Shown piece by piece: positions 41,601 to 51,053 of a stretch of 64,000 nt of DNA; the stretch's first letter is position 1, and each line of letters begins with the position of its first letter. The notes under the pieces are model-generated. The model did not search any database. It saw only the letters and a program-made list of their open reading frames with translations, and was not told where the DNA came from. The DNA lies in assembly GCA_965198235.1 (NCBI GenBank), contig OZ240248.1:2304001-2368000 (forward strand). Direction: 5' to 3'. This DNA comes from Candidatus Poribacteria bacterium. Lineage in GTDB: Bacteria > Poribacteria > WGA-4E > WGA-3G. Both the position numbers and the translations under genes were made by a program.

Positions 41601-43296
41601 AGAAAACTTTCCAGAAACTTGTAGAGTTATCATAGTACCAGAGGCGAGTGAAAAAGTAGGTGAGGCTTGGCCAAAGAAAGAATGGAAGCGAAGGGTCTTT
41701 GCTAACAAACTTTTCGAGGTGTTGGGGTTCATCATCGATAAGGAGGACGCTAATTGCATAGTCAAAGAGGATGTTATGAGAAAAAGCAATCCGCTGTCCA
41801 GTCGATGAGACCTTTGCCAAAATTCCATCACTCTGAAGTTTATCCCAGGCGGTTTTTCTCACTGGATTATCAAGGTCCACATCGTCATAAATGTCGTCCA
41901 CCTTGACTGTCAATGAAAGTTCCTTAACCATTCGGTGCGAGATTCGACGCAAAACGCGCTCGCTGATTTCATTCTCAATTCGTTGTTGCCAAAACCGATC
42001 CAGTAACTGGACTTCAGAACGAATCTGACTTAAAGTGGCTAGATCCGCATCCAGTAAGTTCTTTAGAATCTTTTCTAATAACCAGAGGTTGAAGGGATTT
42101 GCGAGGATATTTTTAAAGTCCTGAGAACCAACATTGTAGATAGACTTTGGACATCCAATTTGGTCAAATGCTTGTAGAATTTCGTCCTCATTGAAAGGTG
42201 GGATTGTGAAATGTCGGCATAAAATTTCGTCGTTAGCATTTTGGGTTTCGATATCATCAGGATTGCCAAACGAGTCTAAGAGTTCTTGGGATTTTTTTCC
42301 ATCATAAGTTCGCACTGTAACGATGATATTCCACGAGTCGTTGAGTTCATGAATTGCACGCCGAATCAGATTTAAGAAATGTTTACGGATCTGTTCATTT
42401 CGGGCGGCATCAAAGGCATCAAACAGTAAAATTGCTTTCTTATTTGAAACAGGGACGGATTTTAACTTTTCAATTATATCGCCTTTGTATAATAATTCAT
42501 CCTGTAGGTCTTCGGCAGTGCCATCCCCGAGTCGATCAATTGGTAGTAGTAGATGCGGTATTTCAGCATCTTTTAGACCTTGACAAAGTTCTTTCAGCAA
42601 GTACGTCTTCCCGACTCCCGGACTCCCGATAATGACCCCGTTTCCTCGCGAGGCAAAGTCCCGCAAGTCATTGCATAATTCCTCTCGGTCTATTTTTATC
42701 TTTCCCGATGCTTCTCCCCATAAGTTATTGACCTGTTCTAGCCAATCCAGTATATCCTGTGGTTCGTCACTCTCCTGTCCTTCACCGAAATGTTGTTCAA
42801 GTATATGTTCTACTCTGCGCGTCTTTTCCAAAGGAAACCCCAAGATTTCTCTGAGCAAGTCTTGATAATCACGTATGTCATTTTTCTTATCAAAGGTGAA
42901 TTTACCTTGTATTATTTCGTCAAATCCTTCCCCTTGATATCTGCTTTGTTTTTCTGTCAGAATATAGATGACGAGATGGTCGTACTCTTCGTACAGTTTA
43001 TGAGTAACAAATTTTTCTAATGTATCTTTTATTTTTCGGGAAGTAGGTGTTGACGTAATCTGGTACGCCGTTCTTGTTTCTTTATCACCTAAATCTATCG
43101 CCGGAAAATTGGAACCTTCTGATACATTCAAATTTTCCAAATTTGTATGTCCGTAGATTTCTGAAAATAGCGGGATGAGTACATCTTCAGAAACGCGATT
43201 GATGTATAGTTCATCCATTTCTATCGCACCTTTAACCTGAGCCATAAACCTTGACATCAATTCATTGATTCTAGCGCGACATTTTTTCAAATTCAT
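38626..43296 (-). CDS. Avs/AVAST-like STAND NTPase with an N-terminal SMEK-like (nuclease-fold) effector and a helical sensor region
   Basis: SE...NLN...NFPAIDLGD...YQIT; Walker A GSPGVGKT; LFDAFDAAR; NPFNL; FSHNILFDY; 1556 aa ending GWSDALKLVWRLDEVFR (recalled as Avs2-like, unverified). Confidence 0.75.
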   Translation of the reverse strand: MNLKKCRARINELMSRFMAQVKGAIEMDELYINRVSEDVLIPLFSEIYGHTNLENLNVSEGSNFPAIDLGDKETRTAYQITSTPTSRKIKDTLEKFVTHKLYEEYDHLVIYILTEKQSRYQGEGFDEIIQGKFTFDKKNDIRDYQDLLREILGFPLEKTRRVEHILEQHFGEGQESDEPQDILDWLEQVNNLWGEASGKIKIDREELCNDLRDFASRGNGVIIGSPGVGKTYLLKELCQGLKDAEIPHLLLPIDRLGDGTAEDLQDELLYKGDIIEKLKSVPVSNKKAILLFDAFDAARNEQIRKHFLNLIRRAIHELNDSWNIIVTVRTYDGKKSQELLDSFGNPDDIETQNANDEILCRHFTIPPFNEDEILQAFDQIGCPKSIYNVGSQDFKNILANPFNLWLLEKILKNLLDADLATLSQIRSEVQLLDRFWQQRIENEISERVLRRISHRMVKELSLTVKVDDIYDDVDLDNPVRKTAWDKLQSDGILAKVSSTGQRIAFSHNILFDYAISVLLIDDEPQHLEKFVSKDPSLPFFLWPSLTYFFTRLWYYDNSTSFWKVFWYILPCYQSVHLRLVARLIPTSVIANEARVVDQLTPLLEELQNGEDIANEAIKRLFQALRTLQIERDAVWIDFFDQISADLHSDFAWDLATLTSDILGRAIKTKNSDVIDTCGQIGRRFLEWVWQKRETSEGDWYNRLGGCWAVPLVAKTYHTNIEESRALLEKVLELPQEDNFPIDFLSWLTDHVDDIWDHDPEFVTLTYSTVFKHQEFSDLKTSFSSSSSVLPMTSTRRQDYGLCYYRLIKHFPDFLRAAPLPATQAAIRSLNAFIVKEHIIGYLKEGVTPEDLIDTFNFRGKLVYFVEDSSYIWDQREYPDEPIEMADALFEFIRELAMSEDPCLDILLDVFRDEVVVAFFWKRLLKTAAQFPKVFAPRLFELCIAEPIQRYPETFYELGLFLETTAVEFMPDQLRQIEESILVYPTEATDEDHRNLLERQRNRLLVQIPQNLLRTDAAKKIREGMARENDVPENRPLVSVGPVTWSEYTEEEHFQRQGVDTTTPENQALQRFSGPLNKFSSDWQNGKPTVEVSELILPQLQEAYAVLKSDTEVNKEVIDSLWHKLTACVAILGRVANNLESESFTFCRRVLLDGAKHENPEPNPRYDNQFNSPGYSPFPRHEAAAGLLRLAFHQSDAEMLDAIETLASDPVPSVRMVTAMELFRVYNTNSERFWHIMDNRAMHERNHIVQEPLYAALTSVVGHRKENEDKIAQIMAKLLQHTPLPSRILGASDPFISLLMGLAINRENSWALKTIEDTFLKDPIRFANLLARAVSHVMENYVVPKHLEAPDRLEIVKRAIATVSEVITTVSGQIKGMSSIIKANESEEVVKKLHDTYKVIDEVIMRLYFTVAYKKDKSEQPVEEIPYELRYRFYSEVKPLMEQIITFAQDSENGIMFAPTAHYFMQLLTSFLSCNPKEVLHLAAGVVRSSERFGYNLDGLAVRDVVEFVEIVLADYRHEVRNDEECLKDLLNLLDMFAKTGWSDALKLVWRLDEVFR

Positions 43297-43454
43297 TGAA
43301 CAAACACCTCATGTATAGCAAATTCGCGGATTTTGTCAGCTTATAAGATAGCAAGTGCCATGCAGTAAGACCTTCTAACTGCACGGCACAGCGATTACCC
43401 CTTAACAAAATAATAGCACATTTGACTGGAAGAATCAAGGTAAAATCAAGATAA

Positions 43455-43650
43455 TATAAACATGCCGCCCTTATAGGGCTGAAGAAATGTAAGGACGCAT
43501 TTCTATAAACATGCCGCCCCTACGGGGCTAAGAAGGGAAGATACGCTTTTCTATACAGATGCCGCCCTTATAGGACTGAGGAAAGGCAGGAACACGCGTC
43601 TATAAACATGCTGAAGAAACACCCAAGCAAATAAACCCTACGGGACTAAA
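43455..43650. repeat. Array of ~28-bp palindromic repeats (TATAAACATGCCGCCCYTAYRGGGCT) with 48-49 bp period
   Basis: Units start at 43455, 43504, 43552 and 43601 (the fourth is interrupted). Confidence 0.85.
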
Positions 43651-43806
43651 GAGGCTTATCTTTAGATACAACGTGCGTTTTGGAAATTAGGCGAAGTTGG
43701 GAAATCTCGCTAGCAAAGGAAGGTCCCTTTGTTCGCTAAAGTGTCCATACATTTAATGTCTACAATCCTGAAAATCCTAAAATCTTGTAAATCCCGGTTC
43801 AGACAA

Positions 43807-46800
43807 TTACAACGCGGGCAACCTCGCAACAATATCCACCGTCTCCAAACTGACGGTAATCACTTTTCCAATCAATTTGACAATGTACTGCGGGTCGTCG
43901 GGGCGGTTCGGGTCATTGACGATGCCGCTCCGTTTATCTGTCTTGACACGATATTGGTCCACTATCCACTCTAATGCAGAACGGGTGCCGAGTCGGTAAT
44001 CAAAAGCCTTTGGAGGAATGTTGCTAAGTGTCAGAAAATCGTTGTAGATAAGCGAGGTCTTGTCTTTGGAGAATTTCATTTTCTCCACACGCCAATTGAG
44101 CGGAACATCGGGATTTTGAACGAACCTGAGTTTATCGTATTCGGGTTGGGATTCATAGTTGACGTGGAGATCTGCGAGTCGCGCGCCTGCCTTTGCAAAT
44201 CCCCAGAAGTCTTTGGCAAACGGAATATGCGGCAGATCGCGCTTGAGGTTCGCTTCATATTTCTCGCGATAGTCGGGGTGATGTAAGAGTCCATAGTTGT
44301 AGTGGAAGATGTCCCACTTGGTGATGGTGTCGTCTTGGTAGTGGGTTCGGAACTCTGCCAACGCCCAATCGATAATGTTTTCGCGGCGGTTTGTGCCATC
44401 CTCGTTGTAGGTGTAGAAGGGAAAGCATTGAGAACCACCTTGTGGCAATTGATCGGGAAATTGGTTGACCATCAGCCCAAACATCGGCCATTCTCCACCG
44501 ACCTTAAGCCATATCACCCGATTTTCCAGTTCTGTCTCTGGTGTAGGAAAAATAAATGGAAATACAAGTACCCTATCATTCATCATTCGATCAAAATAGA
44601 GATTGGACTTCGCAAAAGGGCGATAGAAGGACTGTCGGATTTTTGCATCTGTGAATGCCGCGATTTGCCCACCTCTTAGTTTTTGTTTTAAGGTTGAACT
44701 CCACTTAATTTTCGTGTCATTAGACAACACAAAATTATCAAGGTTAGCATCTCGATCGCTCCTTTGAGCCCAACGAGCAGCTTCTACGTTGTAGTTTCCA
44801 ATCATCCTATTTATATTTTTAATAAGCGCGTTTCGGTTGAAATTGTAAACCCATGCATCGCGATTAGTTTTCACACCGCCGCTGTAGGTTTTGAAAATCA
44901 CATCGATAGGGTCATCTTTTACCGCCTTTGCTGCCTTATTTCCGATCGGAGTAAAAGTTTCAAATTCAGCGTGGAGACCCTCGGTGAGCCATGTATGTCG
45001 CGCGTCCGGTTGAATAGATTTCCATTCAATCCCACCCGTATGCTGACGTTCAGTGAGAAAATCAAATTTTTGTTTTCTGTTCCATAGGTCATCGGTGCGA
45101 TAGTAAAAAATACGAGGCGATTCTGATGGTTGCTTCTGCTTCTTCACAAACAGGTTGATGCTTACACCGACCCGAATTCCAAATACATTCGCATCAGAGA
45201 CCTTCAATCCGCGCCGTGCGTTTCCACCCAAATCCAAGATATAAATCGCATCGCAATCTGCTGCAAGGTGTTTTCGCATGCCATCGAATGCCAATCCGTC
45301 AAGGAAACTGTTGTTTGTTACGAAGGCGACAACGCCTTCCTCGCCAATCCTATCCAACGCCCATCGAATCGCCTTGACATACGGATCGTAAAGCTGACGC
45401 CTGAGTGTCGCTTTGGAATCTTTTGCGTATGTATCCTTAAGCGACTTATCCATCGTCTTATGCTCCCTGTTTTTGTTGTTGTCGTTCTCATTAATCTGAC
45501 CGACATTATAGGGCGGATTGCCGATAACGACGAACATTGGGGTCTCCTTCTGCTTCTCGGCGCGTGCGGTGTTGTCGGGCGTAAACAGTTGCAGTTGCTC
45601 CCGGTCCTCTGCCAACTCAAAGGTATCCACGAGACATAGACCTTCGTAGGGAACATACCGGTTTGTCGCTGTATAGAACTGATGCTCAATGTTGAGGCTG
45701 GCGATGTAGTAGGGTAGGAGCATCACCTCGTTGCACTGGAGTTCTGGCGGATCAGCAGTGTATTTGCGTTCCAGTGAGATAGGGTCGAGTGCTTGCATGA
45801 TGCGGACGATGAAGTTGCCGGTGCCGACGAACGGGTCGATGATATGCACACCCGTATCCGAAAGTGAACGGTCGAACTCGGTCTGCAAGATGTGTTCAAC
45901 GCTTTTCACCATGAAATCGACGATCGGTTGCGGGGTGTAGACGATGCCGTGTGTATCGGCAACCTTGATGGAGAACCCCTGAAAGAACTGCTCATAGACG
46001 GTATTGAGAAAACTCTGTTTCTGTGAGAAGTCCGTGATGGTCGCAGCGGTTTTCTCAATCGCAGCGTAGAACGGCTCCAAGGGACGCAGAAATTCCGAGC
46101 GATTCAACGTGCGCTCGGTGAGTACATCAATGACAGTTTCAATTTCACGGGCGATAATATTTCGACGCGTAAAGTCGGGATTATCGAAGACAGTGCGGAA
46201 GATCCGTTCTGTCAATAGGTGCTGGATGAGCATCTCCTCTACGGCGGCAATGGAAAGATTTGGATTAATAGAGGCTTGGCACTGCTGATGAAAACCGGTG
46301 AAGGCTTCCTGAAAGTGTGGGTTGTTCTGGCGTTCCGTTTGGATTAATGCTGCCAATTTGTCACCGAGTTCCGGTACCGTCTCTCTGAATTCTGCGACGG
46401 CGGTGTGCCATGCTGAAATGTTCTCTTCTTGGTAGGCGAAAAAGGTTTGGAGAACGTGGATGAGGTTTCTCGGTTCGCTGATGTCAAGGTCAAGTTGTAG
46501 TCGTCCGTGTTGATAGAGGAGTGCGTGGGTTGGTGATTGGATAACGATGTTTTTCGATGGGTAGCCTGCAGCGAATTTCTTGTCCGCTTCAGCGTACAGG
46601 TTGTCTTGTGTGTCTTTTGCCTCCCAGTAGCCGTGTGGTAAACCGTAGGTATCGACGACTTCACCGTCAGGTATTATTCGTCTTTTCTCTGGCGTGTAAT
46701 GCGTCTTTTCACAGAGGAGGGTGAGGTCGGATTGGTGGCAGTAGTGCTGTAGCAGGTTCTGGAATGCGGCGCGGACGGTGCCTTCGTTTTCTGCGCCGTG

Positions 46801-46875
46801 TTGGGCGTATTTTTCGAGTTCAGCGTAATATGTTTTGATGGATTTGTGTGTTGGCTTGATATTGAAATCTGACAT
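43807..46875 (-). CDS. Single-chain REase-MTase-TRD enzyme, type ISP-like without helicase (type IIG/IIL)
   Basis: IPDG...WEAKD nuclease, GIVYTP, DPFVGTGNF, GNPPY, GVKTNRDAW, YRPF, SALEWIVDQY. Confidence 0.88.
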   Translation of the reverse strand: MSDFNIKPTHKSIKTYYAELEKYAQHGAENEGTVRAAFQNLLQHYCHQSDLTLLCEKTHYTPEKRRIIPDGEVVDTYGLPHGYWEAKDTQDNLYAEADKKFAAGYPSKNIVIQSPTHALLYQHGRLQLDLDISEPRNLIHVLQTFFAYQEENISAWHTAVAEFRETVPELGDKLAALIQTERQNNPHFQEAFTGFHQQCQASINPNLSIAAVEEMLIQHLLTERIFRTVFDNPDFTRRNIIAREIETVIDVLTERTLNRSEFLRPLEPFYAAIEKTAATITDFSQKQSFLNTVYEQFFQGFSIKVADTHGIVYTPQPIVDFMVKSVEHILQTEFDRSLSDTGVHIIDPFVGTGNFIVRIMQALDPISLERKYTADPPELQCNEVMLLPYYIASLNIEHQFYTATNRYVPYEGLCLVDTFELAEDREQLQLFTPDNTARAEKQKETPMFVVIGNPPYNVGQINENDNNKNREHKTMDKSLKDTYAKDSKATLRRQLYDPYVKAIRWALDRIGEEGVVAFVTNNSFLDGLAFDGMRKHLAADCDAIYILDLGGNARRGLKVSDANVFGIRVGVSINLFVKKQKQPSESPRIFYYRTDDLWNRKQKFDFLTERQHTGGIEWKSIQPDARHTWLTEGLHAEFETFTPIGNKAAKAVKDDPIDVIFKTYSGGVKTNRDAWVYNFNRNALIKNINRMIGNYNVEAARWAQRSDRDANLDNFVLSNDTKIKWSSTLKQKLRGGQIAAFTDAKIRQSFYRPFAKSNLYFDRMMNDRVLVFPFIFPTPETELENRVIWLKVGGEWPMFGLMVNQFPDQLPQGGSQCFPFYTYNEDGTNRRENIIDWALAEFRTHYQDDTITKWDIFHYNYGLLHHPDYREKYEANLKRDLPHIPFAKDFWGFAKAGARLADLHVNYESQPEYDKLRFVQNPDVPLNWRVEKMKFSKDKTSLIYNDFLTLSNIPPKAFDYRLGTRSALEWIVDQYRVKTDKRSGIVNDPNRPDDPQYIVKLIGKVITVSLETVDIVARLPAL

Positions 46876-47136
46876 CTATTTTCTCCGGACGTTGTCGGTG
46901 AACGAGACAATGCCAAATTATACATGGATCAAGGTAGAATTGCAAGAAAATTTTATTGTATGGGGGGCATTATAGTGGGATATACAATCACTTGGACATT
47001 TATTGTTCATAACCTTTCCACAAGGGTAGTGCTGTATATACACCAATATTATCAACGTATAAAACGTTAGATTTCAAAAATCGTTACGTTTCTGGGGCAG
47101 CGAGCAGTGATGCCTCTTGATCTTCAGCGGAAAATG

Positions 47137-47165
47137 TTGACATTGAAACACTCATACCATATAAT
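47137..47165 (+). promoter_or_regulatory. Perfect-consensus sigma70 promoter
   Basis: TTGACA-17-TATAAT. Confidence 0.8.
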
Positions 47166-47225
47166 TTCCTTGAAATTAACACGGAGGCATCCAAAAACGG
47201 GAATCAATCATCCGATTACCAGCCT

Positions 47226-47570
47226 ATGAATCCATCCGAAACACAGAAATACTCCGAAGAATACTTAGAGCAGTGCCGTCACCCTGAGATTCAGGCACTC
47301 CAGCCCAAGGTAGAAAACATCGAAGGGATATGGATACCAACCGCCGAACAACTACAGCAACTCTTGAAGCAGAAACTCCCATATCCAGACAGGTCTGTTT
47401 TCCACCAGACCGCGAACGGTTGGGAATACGAGACCTATTTTCGTGAATGGGCAGCCGATTACGGCACCTATATTGATACACACCGACAGTTTGTTGGAAC
47501 CGATGCAGAGACCGTGCTTTTGCAGGTGTTAATGGCACTCCTTGGTATCGGAGACCGATGGATGGTGTGA
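47226..47570 (+). CDS. Hypothetical protein
   Basis: ATG ORF downstream of a consensus promoter; WIPTAEQLQ segment. Confidence 0.65.
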   Translation: MNPSETQKYSEEYLEQCRHPEIQALQPKVENIEGIWIPTAEQLQQLLKQKLPYPDRSVFHQTANGWEYETYFREWAADYGTYIDTHRQFVGTDAETVLLQVLMALLGIGDRWMV

Positions 47571-47616
47571 TTTGTATGGCGAAGTTTGTGACAGAGACAA
47601 AAGAGAGGACAATACA

Positions 47617-48327
47617 ATGACATTTGAAACCTTAATGAAGACAATTAATAATTATGGAGAGGCAGGTCTTGTACATCTGGACACTCTGACTGCACTTCTG
47701 AATAATACATTTGGTGATTGGCTCGCTTCACAAGGTGTAAGCCGTATTGACATGCTGTCCCCCACATGTTTGTGGTTCACCGTGCAAGGCGAATTAAAAC
47801 AGACACACTCAGTGCCAGGAATTGAATTATACGACCGGTTTTTCGTCGTTGACAGAAAGGAGGTGCACAAAAATCCGGAGGCAATAGCAGATGCACTCAA
47901 ATGCTATAGTTCAGATGGCGATGGTGCTTATGTCTGGGTCGTTCCGGATGGCTACATGGCAGCGTTAACCCCGGCGGAGCAGGAATGGGAAGAACATGGC
48001 GGAGGATATTTTTCGCATGAATCTATATGTATCTCTAATACCGCTGATAGAGGGACGTGTTGTCTACTTGAAGTGCTTTATGAAGATCCGACGTTGGAAA
48101 ACGTCTCCTGTGAATTCGAGGTGCCAGCGCATCGTTCAGTGCATTATCGGCTTGATAAACTCAAGCGTGAAGACGGCGAACCGCTCATTGCCAAAGATGC
48201 CCCTGTTAGTTACAAAATCACAAGCCGAGACACACGGGTTGTCGTCCAAGGTTCGCGAATCCTAACGAGCGGTGAAAACAGCACATTTGCCAGTTTTGGA
48301 ACAGTGATGGCGTGGTGCCCGCAGTAG
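47617..48327 (+). CDS. Protein with a C-terminal sensory-rhodopsin-transducer (ASRT-like) beta-sandwich and an N-terminal extension
   Basis: WVVPDGY...SHESICISNT...YED...VPAHRSVHYRL...VVVQGSR. Confidence 0.7.
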   Translation: MTFETLMKTINNYGEAGLVHLDTLTALLNNTFGDWLASQGVSRIDMLSPTCLWFTVQGELKQTHSVPGIELYDRFFVVDRKEVHKNPEAIADALKCYSSDGDGAYVWVVPDGYMAALTPAEQEWEEHGGGYFSHESICISNTADRGTCCLLEVLYEDPTLENVSCEFEVPAHRSVHYRLDKLKREDGEPLIAKDAPVSYKITSRDTRVVVQGSRILTSGENSTFASFGTVMAWCPQ

Positions 48328-48428
48328 CAGCCGCCTTTAAAAGAACGGCGAGGTTAGAAGTCTCGCCAGCGAAGGGGATAAGGTAAAGCGGTTTCGGCGG
48401 AGAACCTACCACGTCAAGAGCGGATGCT

Positions 48429-51053
48429 CTACGTTTTCTGTTTCGGGTTCCAGAACGCGCAAATCACTGCCGTAATCGGTATCGCAAGAACTAAACCCAA
48501 CGTGCCAGCGAGCAGTCGGACAATCTCGGCGGATACAACACCGATGCTCAACAACTGTGCCGGTGGTGATTTGAAAAAGTCCAGATTCGGTGCTGTGACT
48601 GTGACCACGAGCAGGAGCTCCACGCCCAGATAGGCGAAAACCAACGTATTCACCATCGTACCAAGAATGTCCGTTCCAACGTTCAAACCAGAAGCGATGA
48701 GCCGCCATGCTGGCATGTTCGGATTTGCCTTGCGAATTTCTTCCATACTTGATGCCACCTCGATCGCGCCGTCAACAGCGACACCCAATACACCCATTAG
48801 CATTCCTGCCAGGAGTATCTGCACAAAATCGAACGGTGGTGTGCGCGTTGCCTCTACAATGTCCGCTGAAATCGCGTTCTCTAACCCAGAAAAATGGAGG
48901 TGCTGCTGAGCGAACAGGACAATCAAACCCGCAACCAAGATTCCACCCATCGTTCCAAATACTGCCGAAAAGGTTTTTCGACTCGGACCGATTACGAATA
49001 CCAGCGACACAAACGCCACGATGCCGGAAGTCAGCGTTACGATGAACACTGCATTCGCACCTCCCGAAATTAACGGCAGCATAAAGAAGTAGATGACTGC
49101 TGCAGACATCAGCATCGCACACGCTGTACGGATCCCTTCGATCCTGCCCACAAGGATAATTAACAGTAGCATCCCACCCACTATCCAAATTAGGAATCGG
49201 TCTCTACCGTAATCTTGAACGATGTTAACGAGACTCATCTGTTCAGGATTCCCGGCGACACGACAAAGAATAACATCCCCCGGTTCTGCGGGAATACTCA
49301 GCAATGGCATATTGTGGTTCACAATGTTTCGTAACACCAAGCGTCTGCCTTTATACATCCCGCTCAGCATTTCCACTTCAAGAATATGATGTTCGATTTT
49401 CGATGCATAGACATTGAGTCGCGATTCGGAGATCGCTCCGACAGTGTCCTCTATTGCCCGGATGCTATAGGTTTGCTCGTATTTCGTATCCGAAAGGAGC
49501 CAACGACTGTCCTTCCACGGTTTAACCGAAACCGTGAGTTCGTCTGAAAGTGGGACGTTATGACTACTGAACGCCTCACGCAAAGCTGTGGGGACAACCC
49601 GGTTGTTCAGATCACTTGCGGCACTGCTGTCAATATCAAAAAGGAGGTTTCCGCTGGATTCAAGCAATCGAACGACTTTGCCCTTCGCGTATTCCGATTT
49701 ACTAATAGAGTTTCCGTCTGCATCCCTTTGCTCCAAAACCGTCGCGGAGAGTTCATGCGTGCGGTAGTACACAAGAATTGTGCCGATCAGAACGATAGCC
49801 ATCGCTATAGGGACAGCGATTCGGGCTTTACTACGCGGCGGGTCAGCACGGAACAATTCCTCTAATTCTTCCGCTGAAGGTAAGTCCTCGTGAATTTCAG
49901 ATTTGTCTACCTTCGTGTACTGTGTGAGGAATCCGGCAACCGATGCGGCAATTGGAACCGTGAGTACTAACCCGATAGTTCCCACGACGGCTTGGACAAT
50001 CGCAACTGCTGTGGCTTCATCGTTGACGAGACGGAGAAATGGGTAGAGGATGCCGACTTCCGGGAAATCAATGCGTGGCAGCAACATTGTCATCATGTGC
50101 GCGCCGAGGTAGGCGAAGATGAGCGTATCTGCCATCGTCCCCATAATGTCTCTGCCCACATTCAATCCAGCACGAATCGCTTGTCGGGCGGTGATGTTCG
50201 GGTTCACCTGCTTGACTTCGTGGACGCTTGAGGAGATGGACATGCTTACATCCATCATCGCGCCGACGGCACCCAAAATAATGCCTGCAGACAGGATACC
50301 TGTGAAATTCCAGTGATGCGAGCCTGGTGTCCGCCACAATGCGATTCCAAGTTCCAGGAAACCAAACTCTTGCGCCAACCCAGTCAACGCCATTGCATGT
50401 TGGCTGAGGACAGATAAGATTCCAACAGCCGCTAACCCCCCAAGTGTCCCAAGTACACCGGAAATTACCTTGAAACTAAATCCTGTAATGAGGAGGAAGG
50501 TCGCGAACGTGAGTAAGGTGGCAACTAAAAGCGCAACTGCGATCGGATTATAACCGCTGATGGTCAGTGGCACCAGTAGGTAAAGCACGGTGAGCGCAGT
50601 GACAAATAGAGTCAGAATCGCGCGGACCCCTTTCATTCCTGCGACAAGTATCATCAAGATGCCTAACGCGCCCGCCAGATAAAGCAGGAACGGCGTTCGG
50701 AAGTACTCACGCATTGACACGGTCTCAATTTTCGGACGCATTGGGTCGCGGAGCGGGATATCGAGGAACAGCACCTCCCCTTTATGTAATATGCGATCTC
50801 CGAAAGCGCGTCCCGTCCAAATATTGTTCACCTGAACAGTCTCCCCACGAAACTGTCCAGAGAGAATGCGGATGGACAAAACCTGATCCGCTTCGTCGCT
50901 TGTGTCTATCTTAACAACACGTCCTATGCAGACTAACACTTGCAACGCGCCGTCGTGCGTCACTTCCGCAAACCGATAAAGTTTTACGTGCAACGCTGCG
51001 ACACTCAACAGGATGAGCAATATCATGACGATTTTGATGTTTCTTTCTCGCAT
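48429..51053 (-). CDS. Tandem double YibE/F family membrane protein
   Basis: Two copies of the G..MD...SS..E...NP...GLNVG.DI.GTM..TL.FAY module. Confidence 0.85.
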   Translation of the reverse strand: MRERNIKIVMILLILLSVAALHVKLYRFAEVTHDGALQVLVCIGRVVKIDTSDEADQVLSIRILSGQFRGETVQVNNIWTGRAFGDRILHKGEVLFLDIPLRDPMRPKIETVSMREYFRTPFLLYLAGALGILMILVAGMKGVRAILTLFVTALTVLYLLVPLTISGYNPIAVALLVATLLTFATFLLITGFSFKVISGVLGTLGGLAAVGILSVLSQHAMALTGLAQEFGFLELGIALWRTPGSHHWNFTGILSAGIILGAVGAMMDVSMSISSSVHEVKQVNPNITARQAIRAGLNVGRDIMGTMADTLIFAYLGAHMMTMLLPRIDFPEVGILYPFLRLVNDEATAVAIVQAVVGTIGLVLTVPIAASVAGFLTQYTKVDKSEIHEDLPSAEELEELFRADPPRSKARIAVPIAMAIVLIGTILVYYRTHELSATVLEQRDADGNSISKSEYAKGKVVRLLESSGNLLFDIDSSAASDLNNRVVPTALREAFSSHNVPLSDELTVSVKPWKDSRWLLSDTKYEQTYSIRAIEDTVGAISESRLNVYASKIEHHILEVEMLSGMYKGRRLVLRNIVNHNMPLLSIPAEPGDVILCRVAGNPEQMSLVNIVQDYGRDRFLIWIVGGMLLLIILVGRIEGIRTACAMLMSAAVIYFFMLPLISGGANAVFIVTLTSGIVAFVSLVFVIGPSRKTFSAVFGTMGGILVAGLIVLFAQQHLHFSGLENAISADIVEATRTPPFDFVQILLAGMLMGVLGVAVDGAIEVASSMEEIRKANPNMPAWRLIASGLNVGTDILGTMVNTLVFAYLGVELLLVVTVTAPNLDFFKSPPAQLLSIGVVSAEIVRLLAGTLGLVLAIPITAVICAFWNPKQKT

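Noticed and set aside
43455-43650. Bona fide CRISPR array
   Set aside because: Only three intact degenerate repeats, short mutually similar linkers, and no cas genes in the window.
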